Positions 1-13,019 of a stretch of DNA of 64,000 bases are shown one piece after another. Every line of letters begins with the position of its first letter. The first letter of the stretch is position 1. The notes under the pieces were generated by a model, which saw only the letters and a list, made by a program, of their open reading frames with translations, did not search any database and was not told the DNA's origin. The stretch covers positions 18,246,871 to 18,310,870 of the forward strand of contig NC_092676.1 in assembly GCF_964355755.1 (NCBI RefSeq), written 5' to 3'. This DNA is from Antedon mediterranea. Taxonomy: Eukaryota > Animalia > Echinodermata. Position numbers and translations under genes: made by a program.

Positions 1-106
1 CAATACATTCTATCTGAGTCGAGATCAAGCATGGACAAGTTCTGCTGAGAGATTCAATCCAATAGCCTACGGGTTTTCCTGAATATTTGAATAGGTTCTT
101 GTTTTT

Positions 107-2555
107 CTATGAAGCGTTCGTGGTATCTATTGTGTAACAGGTAACCGGTAACCTAACCTGGTCGTGTACATACCTGAATAAAGAAATGAAATAAGGCCAT
201 CTTAAGTTGAGTTGATAGGAATTGCTACTGATGCTATCAGGGGTTGTTAAGGCCCATTTACACTAGGACGATAGCGATCGACGATAAATAGATAAGCATG
301 CATTTTTTTTACATAAAACAAAGAAATTAGAAAGGTTTCCGTTCTATAAGAACTATAGGATAATCATTTCTGCTGTCTTTGATAAAAATAATATTTAAAA
401 AAAATTCCAATCAAATCGTTGTCACGATATTATTGCTCTTACTAATCATGACGTCATTTTATTGGACGTATGAAAATATCATTTTCATTAAAGGAAGTAT
501 AGAAGGTTATTCTATAGTTCTAGAATGAAAAGTTTTTATATTTCTTTTGTTTTATGTATGAAAAATGCATATTTGTATATTTATCGTCGATTGTTATCGT
601 CCTGGTGTAAATGGGCCTTTAGTATAATAGTTCATTGTTTGGTAGCTTAATCTGATTGGGCCAATCAATTAAATTGGGAGACTCGGGCCTTAAAAAATAT
701 AATTTAGATCATAGTAAAAGACAGTTACGATGAATGATTATCCGATTCTCGGTACTGTATCTCCACATTATGGCATTATGGCGAATTATCTGTCCAGTGT
801 CATAATGCATCACAGTAGGCGCTGTTTCTTGTTTGTACTGTTAATGTTAGGTTAGGCGTATGACCTGTGTGATACATATGATTCAGTATTACAACCTTCG
901 CCTATGATACTGGACAAATTATAGATACAGTACCTAGAATCGGCTAGAATGATGAGGTATAAAGTTTCTACAAAATATATGGTTAAATCCGAACCCAGTC
1001 GCCTAAGTCCTGACCTATTAAAAATATCTCTATTAAGCACAAAAATACTTACACACGGAATCCGTTCTCACATCCCGCTGCACGTAACACTGGTACTGAA
1101 TAAAACCCGTGTTCACATTTATAATTTGTATTAAAATCAGCCGTGCCATTTTTCTTGATTATGCCGTATTCGCACTTGCAACGAACATAGGGGAGACTGT
1201 CCGGATACCTGTAGTGCCAAAATAAAATGAGGGCGTATTAAGAATTATTATTTTAAAGTACCTATATAGAATCTCTATAGGAAGGCCTACTCTATATTAT
1301 TCTATTGTATAAATGTCCTGATGCATGCATTCAATTATTACCGAATGATTTGAGAAACTAAACACTGATAAATAATAAGGAAATAGAATGACGTAGGCCA
1401 ATACACTTTTAACGAGAGGAAATAATTGAGTAGACGATTATATATGGTAGGTAAAAAACTATTTAATGTCTTTAAATGTTACTTACAGATTTGAATTGTA
1501 ATAATGAAGGGTTTCATATGGGCAAATTGAGCGGTCTGCTTCTGTTCCGGTATTGAATTCCTTCAGAATAATGTCAGGGTACACGTTACCCGTGTGGGCA
1601 TACGTAGCATTTACGGTGATACTGTGAGTGTGAACGGAGGCTTCTCTGTTTAATCGTACATGCATATCCGCCGGCGTTTCACACTTGGAAAAATCTTCCA
1701 ATTCTTCATTCGTTACACTTGCTATCGTAACCTCTTCTGTCGATATGCTTCGTGAAACAGTCATCAGCTCTGTAACAACATTTTCGCCGGCTTCTTTAGC
1801 CTTAACACCTTGTTCAATTCCATTGTCCCAATCGTTAAAAAACGTGGTATCTTCATAATCATTATTGGAGATTAAATTTCTTTTGATTTTATTTGAAGGA
1901 TATCCCGACACAGACAACAAGCATAACATAGTCGTAAATAATAGTCTGTTAATATTCTGGAGAAACAAAGATACACAAGTTAAAATGCATTGTATAGGCC
2001 TACATTATCTGTTTAATTACATTTAATAAACATAATAGTCAAACAAGTAAAAATATACCAAAACTATATAATTATAGTACAACATGTAAAAAAATTAATT
2101 TGAACAATTAAAAATGTAATAAGGAAAATAAAAATCGTAAGTTAAACCTCAGAGATGTGTGACAACATGATTCTATATGATAATCAATATGCCTATGTGT
2201 CCACTATAGGTTGGTGTCACCCCCACAGTGATAAAGATTTATATAAAAATAATCATATTGAAGATAAAGAACAATAAAAAACTAAAGTTATTATAAATAA
2301 TAGTCAAGGCATTGCAAAACTATAGTAACAAATTTAAAAAGTAATTTTTTTAGACAATTAAAAAAATTGAATTAAAAAAAAATCCGCATAAGCAAAAAAA
2401 AAAAAAAAATCGCGAGTGAATATAAAGGTAAAAGATAATCATATTGAAGTTAGGTCTAAAGAACAATACTATCTATATAATACAATACTATCTATATAAT
2501 TAACTTAGAGATATAATACTTTATTCATGCTAGATATACACACCTTCACCTTCAT
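107..2555 (-). CDS. IL17: Interleukin-17-like cytokine, paralog 1 (4 coding exons, ~234 aa)
   Basis: Exons 2555-2544 (MKVK), 1956-1487, 1208-1053 and 173-107 (TAG), all GT-AG and phase-consistent. Signal peptide LLFTTMLCLLSVSG, then IL-17 motifs RSICPYE...LYPDSLPYVRCKCEYG...CEHGFYSVPVLRAAGCENGFRVYVHDQVRLPVTCYT. Confidence 0.88.
250..618. mobile_element. PIF/Harbinger-type MITE in IL17-1 intron 3
   Basis: Imperfect TIRs over 100 bp, AGGCCCATTTACAC.../...GTGTAAATGGGCCT, flanked by TTA on both sides. Confidence 0.8.
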
Positions 2556-2644
2556 CGTTATCTTTGCCCCGGTCGTTGTTATTGCAGACAAGTGTTAAAT
2601 GTAAGATTAATATTTCTGAATTAATTTAACATTTTAACCATTAG

Positions 2645-2760
2645 GCCTTATATATATACCCGTCGTATAGGGGAAAACCATAACTCCTAAAAATATAAAT
2701 TACAGAATTTTCGAATATCCCATCTTACTTTCCGGATTTGACTTGAAAAATGACTCATAT
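2645..2760 (-). promoter_or_regulatory. IL17-1 proximal promoter: TATA, kB-like and AP-1 sites
   Basis: TATA-like run at ~2648-2658, GGGGAAAACC at 2670-2679 and TGACTCA at 2751-2757. The block aligns with the paralog promoter at ~9825-9945. Confidence 0.6.
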
Positions 2761-2995
2761 TACGAATTTGGAATGACAAAAATAATCACCAATAACCAAT
2801 AGAATCGGTGACAATACATTGCCAAACATGTTTATTTGTAGACTATCTTAATTAAAGAAAACAATATAATTGTTATATTATTTTTATACAAATAGTTTAA
2901 TATGTTTAATAAGGCACAAATAAATTTGATATCATATAAATTAATAGTAATCGTAGTTTAACTAATAAGATTGTCGATTTCCATTAAAGTAGAAA

Positions 2996-3017
2996 GGGGA
3001 AATTTAGGGAAAATCCC
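2996..3017. promoter_or_regulatory. Tandem NF-kB/Rel-like sites upstream of IL17-1
   Basis: GGGGAAATTT (2996-3005) next to GGGAAAATCCC (3007-3017). Confidence 0.5.
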
Positions 3018-3387
3018 TAAATGCATTTTACCGGGTGATGGCGCTCTTATTAAATAATGAATGGACCAGGACGTGCACAAAATACATGCAGTTATATTGG
3101 TATGTTTGGTTTTTCTGAACATCCTAATATACTTACGAGATTATGGCATTAAATTAATTTGAGTTAATCTAAAAAATCTAAAAAAAGATATAAAAAAACT
3201 GTTTAGACATGCTCTTTCATAATTTTTTTTTAAAGGTTGAAACTGCCCATTCCTTATGCCTAATATTTTAGTTCTACGACTTTTGTCGTTTCAACTTTTC
3301 TATCAGACAAAATAGAACCAAACGAAAAGAGATACAATATATTCTGTAATAACCAGTTGAAAGGGAGAAGACCAGAAATTATGAATG

Positions 3388-3566
3388 TCATTTCTTAACA
3401 TAATCATATTTTAGCAAATTCATTTCCAAAATGTTAGCATATTATTGCAGATTTTTATATTTATGTTCTTATTGTCAGGAAACAGCGTGTTATTCAACCC
3501 AAGACCAACTTTTGCTTTTCCTACTAAATGTTATAAGTTTATAGGCCTATATTGAATAGACATTAA
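3388..3566 (+). repeat. Dispersed repeat shared with ~18975-19190
   Basis: ttcttaacataatcatattttagcaaa...gttcttattgtcaggaaacagcgtgt.attcaacccaagaccaac...taggcctatattgaata occurs at both places. Confidence 0.8.
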
Positions 3567-4089
3567 ATAGTGCCTCCTTTTTAAAATGCATTCATCTTCA
3601 TACATCAACATCTTATTCACCAAGATTCTGTTTTTGCTTTTCATTATAATGGCAAGAAGACTGCAAAATTGACCGCCTAAACCATAGAGATATTATAGTG
3701 AACTATTTAGGCATATAGATATTGTACTGTTATTATAGTTCACTATAATATCACTATAATATCTCTATGCCTAAACTAAAATAAGTATGGAAAATATTGC
3801 TTTCCACAAACAAATTTCATTTTATTACTTGACAGTTTTTATAGGTTTTTTATGCCCATGTATATAGGTCTAATGTATTATATTTGTGTATATTTTTTAT
3901 CGTTCTTGGTTTTAATGTTAATTTTATGCATATGTGTATATATTGTGTGGGTATGTGTATGTATATATATGTTTGATATATGTAGTATGTATTTCTATAT
4001 ATATACGTGTGAATGTATTGATATTATATACATATACAAATATGAATGAAAAAAATCAAGACTCAGGTTAATAATTCAACATAATTATT

Positions 4090-4660
4090 TATTAACACTA
4101 CAAACTGTTTCATGAGAGAGATAAAATACCTCGTCAATCTTCAAGTGTTAGGCTCTGAGTAAAGTAATTAGAAGAGACTGTTTATAGTTAATATATGCAA
4201 GCAACAAAACAATAGTTGTATATTCAACTGTTCTATTTATCAATAGGTGTCTTTAATTAGTAACCTTTATATCTCAATAAGAATTCTCTTCTGTGTCTGC
4301 ATAGTGCTAAATAATTCGTTTCTTTGACTAAGAGAGCAAATATCTGGCTTAAATATAATGAAATATTTCTCTTGCAGACATAGTTTGCAGCGTTTACTTA
4401 TATTGGAATAAGGCTTACATTTGGCTAATACTCGCCATTTAATATTATATTTAATGTTGTCATCTTTAGTTTCCAAACATGTTAGCTAAGCGCTGTACTA
4501 TTTTTATACTTTTCATTACAGAATGAGCTTGTATGCCCATTGTATCTACACTTAAATGTATTTTCTGTCAGTCCAACATATGTTTCAATTTTGTTAGTGC
4601 CATTTCTTGTGACAGCATGGTATACTACTGTTAAGCATTTCCCTAAAGGGCAAATCAAAT
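4090..4660 (-). mobile_element. Penelope-like retroelement remnant (GIY-YIG endonuclease, pseudogenised)
   Basis: CPLGKC..VVYHAV...TYVGLTENTFKCRYNGHTSSF..NSTALS*, then after a frameshift KDDNIKYNIKWRVLAKC...CKLCLQEKYFII...RNELF. A degenerate hammerhead-like TTGAAGATTG...CATGAAA lies at ~4105-4146. Confidence 0.8.
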
Positions 4661-7600
4661 ACAAATATATAAACTGAAAGATACACAAATTATGATAAAT
4701 AAGTTAACAAACGTTTCATAACTAAACAACTTTTTTCATTAAACATGCAATATATTTTGTAATAGATAACATAACAAAAAATATACAGAAAATAATGTAA
4801 ATATATACATGAGATTCTATAATTGTTGAATAAAGGTGGTAGTTAACCACAAAAGAAAAAAAAAACAAATTTCTAGCTGATGTAGGCCTATCTGGGTTGA
4901 CCTAACAACATTCGTAAAGCATGGTTTAATACTTTAAGTCGATTCCTTTTTAAAATAATGAGAACATAAAGGCCTACTAAATAACTTTACAAGATTAAAG
5001 GTCACGACGTATAATAACTTTGAACACAATTTTTCATTTATTGTTCCACATAAAATATGACAAGACAAAGAAAAAAAAAAGAATTTAAAAAACCTGGGTA
5101 GTTATTTGTTTATGTGAGGAGACTCAAGTAAGCCAAAAAAGGCTTTAAGGCTGAGTTCCAAAATACATCACATAGTACATGGTAACGTAAAATTGCTTTC
5201 TAAAAAAAGGAACAAAAAAGCCAAACAGATTTGATTGAATATGAATACAAGGAAAAGTAAGGAATAAATTCACATAGTAACAAACTTATTAACTATCTAA
5301 AGAATATTGATGATGGATTAAGTATTGTTTGCATTTTTTTTTAAAACGAAAGTAAGGTAGGTAATAATTTAATGTTTAAAGTTAAAAGTTAAATTATTCC
5401 ATAAAAATGGTCCGTTAAAAATGAAAGAATTTTTCCTGAGGGCTGTAGTGTACTTTTCATAAATAAAATGTTTCCGGGTAGATGACCTGGTCTTATATGA
5501 ATGGAGCTGGCTAAACATTATGAGCGCCGCTTAATTATTTCCGGTATTACAAAGTATTTTTGTTTCAACGATGAAAACTGTAAATACTTAAAGTTCATAT
5601 TAACATAATACTTTTCTGTTGACTGAACCTGTAATGTACACGATTTATTGCTAGATGAGTTCGATTTCGATATTTTTATCCTTTAACAATTTAAAACTAT
5701 TTTAATGTAGGCCCACAACAGTTTTGCATATATTATAGCATGGAGAAATAAGTTAACTTATTTCTCCATGATTATACCTAACCTTGTTTTTAAATATCCA
5801 ATATTTTATATGTTTGTAAGCATTTTTGTTTTATCGAGGACGCTTAATGATCAGCCTTCCTTCATTGGAACTGGATAAGCCATATACAACATAAGAGTAT
5901 CACTTATACTGTACAACGATACAGAGATATTGAGATTAATTAGATGTGGGTAGTTGTAAAGTGATAAATGATAACAAAAATGTTCGACAATACAAAACGT
6001 AGTTATAAAATTCATGCAACAGTTTTTATATAGATTTATTGATACATCTGGATATACATGAACATTTTCGCAAATAAAGTATAGTAATTATAGATTTTTA
6101 GAAGATTACTGTATATATAGAATTAATATATCTCATATGTCCATTGAATCAGCTGGGTCGAAATTATTTGCGGTGCTTTCCCCATTATATAAAACTGTTT
6201 GCAGCACACATAGCTCAACTATGCAATCGTGAAAAATTAGTTTTGTGTAGATAACCTATAGTTTGCCAGGAAAGTGTCCACTGAACAGAGGGGTGTCCAA
6301 AAGGAGGGGTAAATTCCAAATTGTATCTACTTTTTAAACTACAACTTTTTAAGCGTTTTATGCATTTTTATCGTATTTTAACTTTACCTTTCAAATTGTC
6401 TCCAAGTTTTTGTGCAATAATGTGTGTGCATTCTAGTTGAATTGTTTGTTTATATTTTATATATATATCTGTTTTTAATTGTTACGAATATACTTGCCAA
6501 TCTTTAAGAAGAATTTCTATTATTATTTTATATGGTAATGGATAAATAAAGCTTTTCAGTATTCAGTGTAACGCTCATAAAATAATCGGTTGAAGATTAT
6601 TGTTTAATTGTTTGTTCCATGCAATTGGATTTTGTGAATGCTCTCTTTTCCCCCTCTCCCTCCCCCTCCTCCATTACAAAAAATTACTTGTTAATGGGAA
6701 CGTAGAATACCGCATCAAAAGGCTAATCTATAGAATGTCTAAAACGGTGATCTATATAATTTATGCGTGTGTTCAAACTTTTTGAATCTGAAAATCGATT
6801 AAAACTGGTACATTATTTGCAGGGTACCGTATATGGTAGTTAGAATAAATGTAAACGTGATGGATTTAACAACACAAAAACTAAGGCACATTAGTTAGTT
6901 CAATTTCACATAGACTATAAGCTTTATTCCCACATGCAAATGAGAAACTCATTTGCATAAGACTAAATTGTTGCTGTGTTATACTGTAAAATAGCTCATG
7001 CACTTATAAATGTTATACTTCTACGCTATATAGCGTTATCATTATATAAATTTTATAACATACTCAGTTTTTTGTATGATACATACATACTACATTGATC
7101 GATAATGTATTATTATCAAATATTGATAATAAATCCTTTTTTTTTTTTAAATCATAAAACACGTTGTAGTGTATACATTTTCTTATAATTTAGAAATAAA
7201 TTACCTTTGAAAAATACCAAAATGGTATAATAATATAATATTAATTCAACGAATTATTACGGTATAATATATTTTCAAATATATATATGTGTGTACATTA
7301 AGAATACGCCAATCACACAGACCCGGATAGGCTACTTAAAACCAACAATTTATACAAGGAAGAGAAAGTTCCTTTAAATAATAAATTAAATCGTTGATTA
7401 CCAATGACGAATAAAAATATAGTTTAATATATATTTGTATTGCATATAAAGCACAATTTTAAAGGCTTTTGTATAAATATTATTAAAATATTTTTTTTTC
7501 ATATTTAAATATTAATCCAGTTTAAATGTTGTATTGGATTAGTTAAATCAAGGTAAGCCTGAACTTCACACATTATTGTGCAATAAATATCCATTAAAAA

Positions 7601-7972
7601 CATATTCTATTAAATATAAAGTGGTTATATATAATATAAATTATGTATACAATAAGTTAGAGACAAATCAGTATAAAATATGTAAAAGATATTCGATTGC
7701 ACATACACGCACCCCCCCCCCCCGCCTTTTTTTTTCAAAAGATTAAAAAAGGTTCACCACTTCTGCCCACTCAATCATGCATGCAATTTCATTCTATTAT
7801 AGCTAACGATACTTTTAAATGTATAAGCTTATTAATAGTTATTGTAGATAAGAGATGCGCTTCACACAAATTCACTACATGTAATTTGTTCAAAGAAGAC
7901 ACATATTAAGAGGAATATTTCCAATTTCCTTGTTTAATTACGTTGAGTTTGACTATTTTGTCCTGGTGTATT

Positions 7973-9773
7973 TTAAGAGGAGTTTGTGTTGCTTACAGTC
8001 GTGTAACACGTAACCGGTAATTTAATCTCGTCGTATTCATATCTGAAAAAGAAATTAAATCGGATCAATCAAAAGTTTAAAATAAAATTTAATAACAAAA
8101 AGATCGACATTTCGGAGCCATCATGGAACCATTCTAAGGAACAAAATGAGTAAAAATAAAAACAAAATACAAAGAATGAGGAAATGCTTCAACAGTTATA
8201 GTAACAAAGACTGAAATACCTCTCGTTAATTATTAAAGAATTTTAGGCGTTGTTTGTCATTTTTAAACTTATTTTTATGATCTATCATATTGGTCGTCTG
8301 TGAAGCAAGTGCGTAGGCGTTGTCGGTTGCTGGTTGACATTAGACCTTGGTCCGGTCCAGGAAGTGATCCGTATCAATATAAAATACAATCAATTAATCG
8401 ATACTATTTCCAATAAGTATATGGAGGAAATAATTCTACCTTGTCAAAATTAAGGAAATTGATTTATAAAATGCGGCCTAATAATACAATGATTATAGAC
8501 ACAAAATACTTACACACGAAAGCCGTTGACACATCCAGTTATTCGTAAAACTGGCACATTGTAGTAATCATGTTGACATATATGATTTGTAGAAAAGGTG
8601 GCGTTGTTGTTGCTATCCACATCAATGGCGTATTCACATTTACAGCGAACATACTTGTGGGTGTCTGGGTACCTGCGACATAAATTATATTAACAAATAT
8701 TGTTAGGCCTCAAATAGACGATCGTAATAATTGGCGAAGGGCGGATCCAGTTGGTAACAGAGACCGAACAGGGCATGCGGGATCCTTCCAGCAAAGATTC
8801 CAGTACCTTTCCCCACTTTGTCCCTTTTCCTTAGTGGGGATAAGAGGGGTGGGAGACTGATTGATTGTCTACGATACATTATATGCTCACAGTATTGTAA
8901 GTTTAGACTTAGTTACTAATAGGCTTATACTTACAGACTGGAATTATGATAATGCAAATATTCATATGGACAAGTTGAGCGGTCTACATAATCAGTCCCT
9001 GTATTAAACTTATCGAGAACAGTATTAGGGCACGTATTACCAGTATGGCTATAAGTCGCATTTATGGTTATACTGTGTGTGTTAACAGATGCTTGACGGG
9101 CTAATCGTAGTTTGACATCCGATGGCGTTTCACATTCCGAATAATCGTCAGTCACCCCGGCTCTGACTTCTTCGCCCGAACTACTGGTCTGAGTGACCGA
9201 GTCTATCAGATCATTTCCATTTTGCGTTGCCAACTCCTCTGCTACATCTGTGGTTGTGTCTACGTCAGCAACGAGATTTTTTGCTGCGCTTCTTCTTTGT
9301 TGTGAGGGATAGGCGAAGCACATAGACAAGTAGCATAAAGTTGTCAGTAAAACTGTTAGTCCTTTAAATTCCTGAAAGTAAATAGAAGTGTAATGCATAA
9401 GTACAAAAAGAAAATTTACAATAATTACAAGTACATTTTTATAACTGTTACGTTTGAAGTAAGTACAATATTGTTTTTACAATTCACAAGCGAATAGTTT
9501 TTATAACAACGTTTAAAATAAGTAAATATATAATACAACATGACAGATTATGAACTGAAAGACAATAAAATATTAAAAAAAAAACATTTTATCAAACGAT
9601 ATGGCTTCCCGTTGAATTTACACAACCGTGAAATAATAAGGTTATGAAATTAAAATATTATTTTAATAATATTAGAATATGGCCTACAGTATAGTGTATA
9701 GGCCTAAATGTACAATGCACAATATTGTATACAGATACAGTCTAAAAATATACACCTTTGTTACTCCAGCCAT
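7973..9773 (-). CDS. IL17: Interleukin-17-like cytokine, paralog 2 (4 coding exons, ~227 aa)
   Basis: Exons 9773-9756 (MAGVTK), 9371-8935, 8672-8514 and 8042-7973 (TAA), with the same intron phases as paralog 1. Motifs RSTCPYE...YPDTHKYVRCKCEYA...CQHDYYNVPVLRITGCVNGFRVYEYDEIKLPVTCYT. Confidence 0.88.
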
Positions 9774-9821
9774 GGTCACAGAAGAATATTATGTAGTAAT
9801 TCAAATGTCGAGGTAATTTAA

Positions 9822-9950
9822 GCATTAAATATATACCCGTCGCAAAGTGGAAAATCTAATTCCTAAAAATATAGATTATAGAATTTTAAAAAAATCCATT
9901 CCATTTTAGTCATTTTATGCCGGATTCTAGATTGAAACGACTATCACGTG
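9822..9950 (-). promoter_or_regulatory. IL17-2 proximal promoter, homologous to that of IL17-1
   Basis: atatatacccgtcg...ggaaaa..t.a.tcctaaaaatata...agaatttt...ccggatt matches 2652-2745. Confidence 0.55.
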
Positions 9951-10865
9951 ATCAGAATATCAGTTTACAATTCCAAATTTGTTTCTTTTTATCAATGAAA
10001 AAATACTTATAAAAAAAAAAAAAACAAAAAAAAAACTTAATCTATACTTTTAATTCCTAATATTATAATATACTATCAAATACATTGATATATATATATA
10101 ATATACTGTATCATATTAGTATATTTCTCAAATATCTAAACATGATTTTATTAAATACCGGTAAGTATTATTAAGCAGACATGTAACCTGATAATAATGA
10201 CGTCATATGTGTATGCTACCAGATTTGCCTTTGGTGTGGACACAATAAAACGGGGAAATACCGCTTTGGTTTTTAAGTTTATCACCAGGCGATACATTGT
10301 GCACCGTTTATTTGAAAGACTTACGGAACAATTGAATGAAATTTCGGCCCGATGAGAAACTTTCTGTCCTTTTCGAACCATTGTCTTTTATTCATTTCAA
10401 TTAATATCCCCTAAGGAATGTATTTTGTAGATTTCTCAATAAACATGTCTATATTTATGTTTGGTACTTTAATCTATATATTTAATAAGTTACTGACATT
10501 AACATAAGTAAAGTTTGCAGTACACCAACGATTTCCTAAATAGTTTGTATTAATAAAAATGCATCGGATAGAAATGCATCGGCTAAATTTGCAATGTCGT
10601 GATGAACTTATATGAATCGTCATCTATAATAAACTGTGAAGATCGCTAACAATAATATATCTAGGGCATTTAGTAGTTATCATAGTTTTTATTCAACTTT
10701 GTTTAATGAGAGTGACTCAAAACAGCCGAGGCTGACATGCATAAGGCCCTCAACACTTAAAAAACGGAACAATAAAAATACAAAAAGACGAGAAAAAGGA
10801 AACCAATAAGAGAAAAAAAGAGACCAATCAAAAAATATATAAATATATATACATAGTGTTTGCTA

Positions 10866-11230
10866 AAGCATGGTTCCCAATAGGACGCAACGCAAGGACG
10901 TGAACGCAACGCAAGGACGTGAACGCAACGCAAGGACGTGAGCGCAACGCAAGGACGTGAACGCAACGCAAGGACGTGAGCACAACGCAAGTACGTGAGC
11001 GCAACACAATGACGTGAGCGCAACGCAAGGACGTGAGCGCAACGCAAGGACGTGAGCGCAACGCAAGGACGTGAGCGTAACGCAAGTAATTTCAGCAAAA
11101 CTTGGTTGGCACTTAAGACGCAACACAAAGAAGTAGACCCAATGCAAGCTACGCGACAGTTCGAATAATCCATCGCTTGTGATTGGTCAAATCACCTTTG
11201 TTGCTCTTACGTCCTTGCGTTGTGTTTAAT
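10866..11230. repeat. Harbinger-like MITE derivative with an amplified 19-bp tandem array
   Basis: Starts AGCATGGTTCCCA, followed by ~10 copies of ACGCAACGCAAGGACGTGA (10885-11085). Confidence 0.8.
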
Positions 11231-11241
11231 TATAGTGCTAA

Positions 11242-11420
11242 AGCGTGGTTCCCACTAGCGACGCAACACAAGGACGTAACGCAACGAAAGTGAATTGACC
11301 AATCACAAGCGATGGCTTATTCGCTTGTGATTGCTAACTGTCTATAACTTCACTTGTCATTGGTTAAAACGCTTGCGTTGCGTTTACGTCCTTGCGTTAC
11401 GTTCTAGTGGGAACCAAGCT
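11242..11420. mobile_element. Harbinger-like MITE (AGCTTGGTTCCCACTAG family)
   Basis: TIRs AGC(G/T)TGGTTCCCACTAG...CTAGTGGGAACCAAGCT. Same family as 53838-54015. Confidence 0.8.
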
Positions 11421-13019
11421 TACCAAAATGTAATGGATTATGCGAACTGTCGCCTTATTGTTATGCTTACGTTGCGACCTTTTTAAAAAATGTTATTACA
11501 TTTTAAAACATTTACATACAAGAAATAACAGAAATATATCTTTAAAAAGTGATTTAAAAAAAAACTATCGCATAAATTAATTACATCGGTAATACTTTGT
11601 TCTAGAATACAAATATGATAGATTGTTGAAATGAAATTGAAAAACTTGTAAGTAAAACACTCATTAGTTCGCAATTATTTAAATTTCATTTGTATTTTTT
11701 GGTAAGTGTAAAGTCAATGATTAAAATTAAGAGATTGTTCCTAGCCTTAATTTGACAAGGAAAAATATACCACTTTACAGTAATAATGAAAAATGGGATT
11801 TAATATAATATGTTTATAAGTACGTAACAAAATTTCCTTGTTTTCACCAGAATACATTTCTATAAAAATTCATCGGTTTTTTCAAACCTTTTTGTTTCAC
11901 CAATTTTTTTCCAGAAATTATGAATTGAACCAAAAATTTGTTGATATAATAAAAAGTTGGATTTACAATTATGCCTTTGCTTAAAATAATCTATTTCTAA
12001 TATTTTTCATTCATTATTACTGACCTATTTACTACCATTTTTGCGTTTTGCATTTATATTCAAGATTCAAGAGATTCAAGATTCAAGATTCAAACTTTAT
12101 TCTTATCCATTTCTGGAAATTCCATTGCTTGCATTATTATAAATTACAGAACAACAATTTAAATTGCATTACAAAAAACATACTTGACATATTTATATAT
12201 ATAAACAATAAAATGCAAAACTAATAAGTACATTTCACTTATAGTTTTCATCGTTTGTAATTTTTGTGAAGAAAAAAATTATTATCCTCTATTGTAAAAC
12301 AATACTTTGACTTTTTGTCAATCAATTTATAAAATTATTTTCACTACTACAGTTAAAGATTGTGAGGTAAACTTCAAGGTATACAAAAAATAATGTAAAA
12401 AATTAGTAAGGTATTACTATAGCTTTGAATGCACATCACTATTGTTAATTAATCTATAAAATAGTATTACTTACCATAGCGTGTTACTTTCTGTATACAC
12501 TTCTTTATAATCGTTTTGAACACTTTACTTGTTAGATTGCTGATCTATACCATTTTCAAAGTTGAGCTATGTTTTATATACAATATTTTTTAAAGGAAAT
12601 AAATATATTCTAAATTTATCGCTGTATAATTTCCGCTATAATCTAAATCCGTGCATTAATGATTACTTCATAATTTCATTAAATAACATTTTACCTAAAC
12701 AAAACCAGGTAAGGATGTGGGTTAGTATAGATTTCCCCTTTCTTAGCTAGCACCACAGGTACGATTTGGACATCAAAATGTTGTTTATTTGATTTAACCG
12801 TGGGAATAAAGAGAAATACTCTCACTCTTCCCTAATTTTTATTTTTATTAACATCCGAAAAATAATGATTAAACATTACTGCAATTGATATTTGAGATGG
12901 ATGACTGTGTTTATTTTTTAAATTTTTTATTTATCTTTATTTCTTACGAATCCGAAAACTCGCCTATTACAGGATTTAATATTCTAAAAAGTATCATACT
13001 TATATCGTTCTAAGTATAC

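Noticed and set aside
7250-7970. AU-rich elements in the IL17-2 3' UTR
   Set aside because: ATTTA motifs are present but cannot be distinguished from background in such AT-rich DNA.
10757-11173. Overlapping Cys/Arg-rich repetitive ORFs
   Set aside because: They are translations of the 19-bp tandem array in a MITE.
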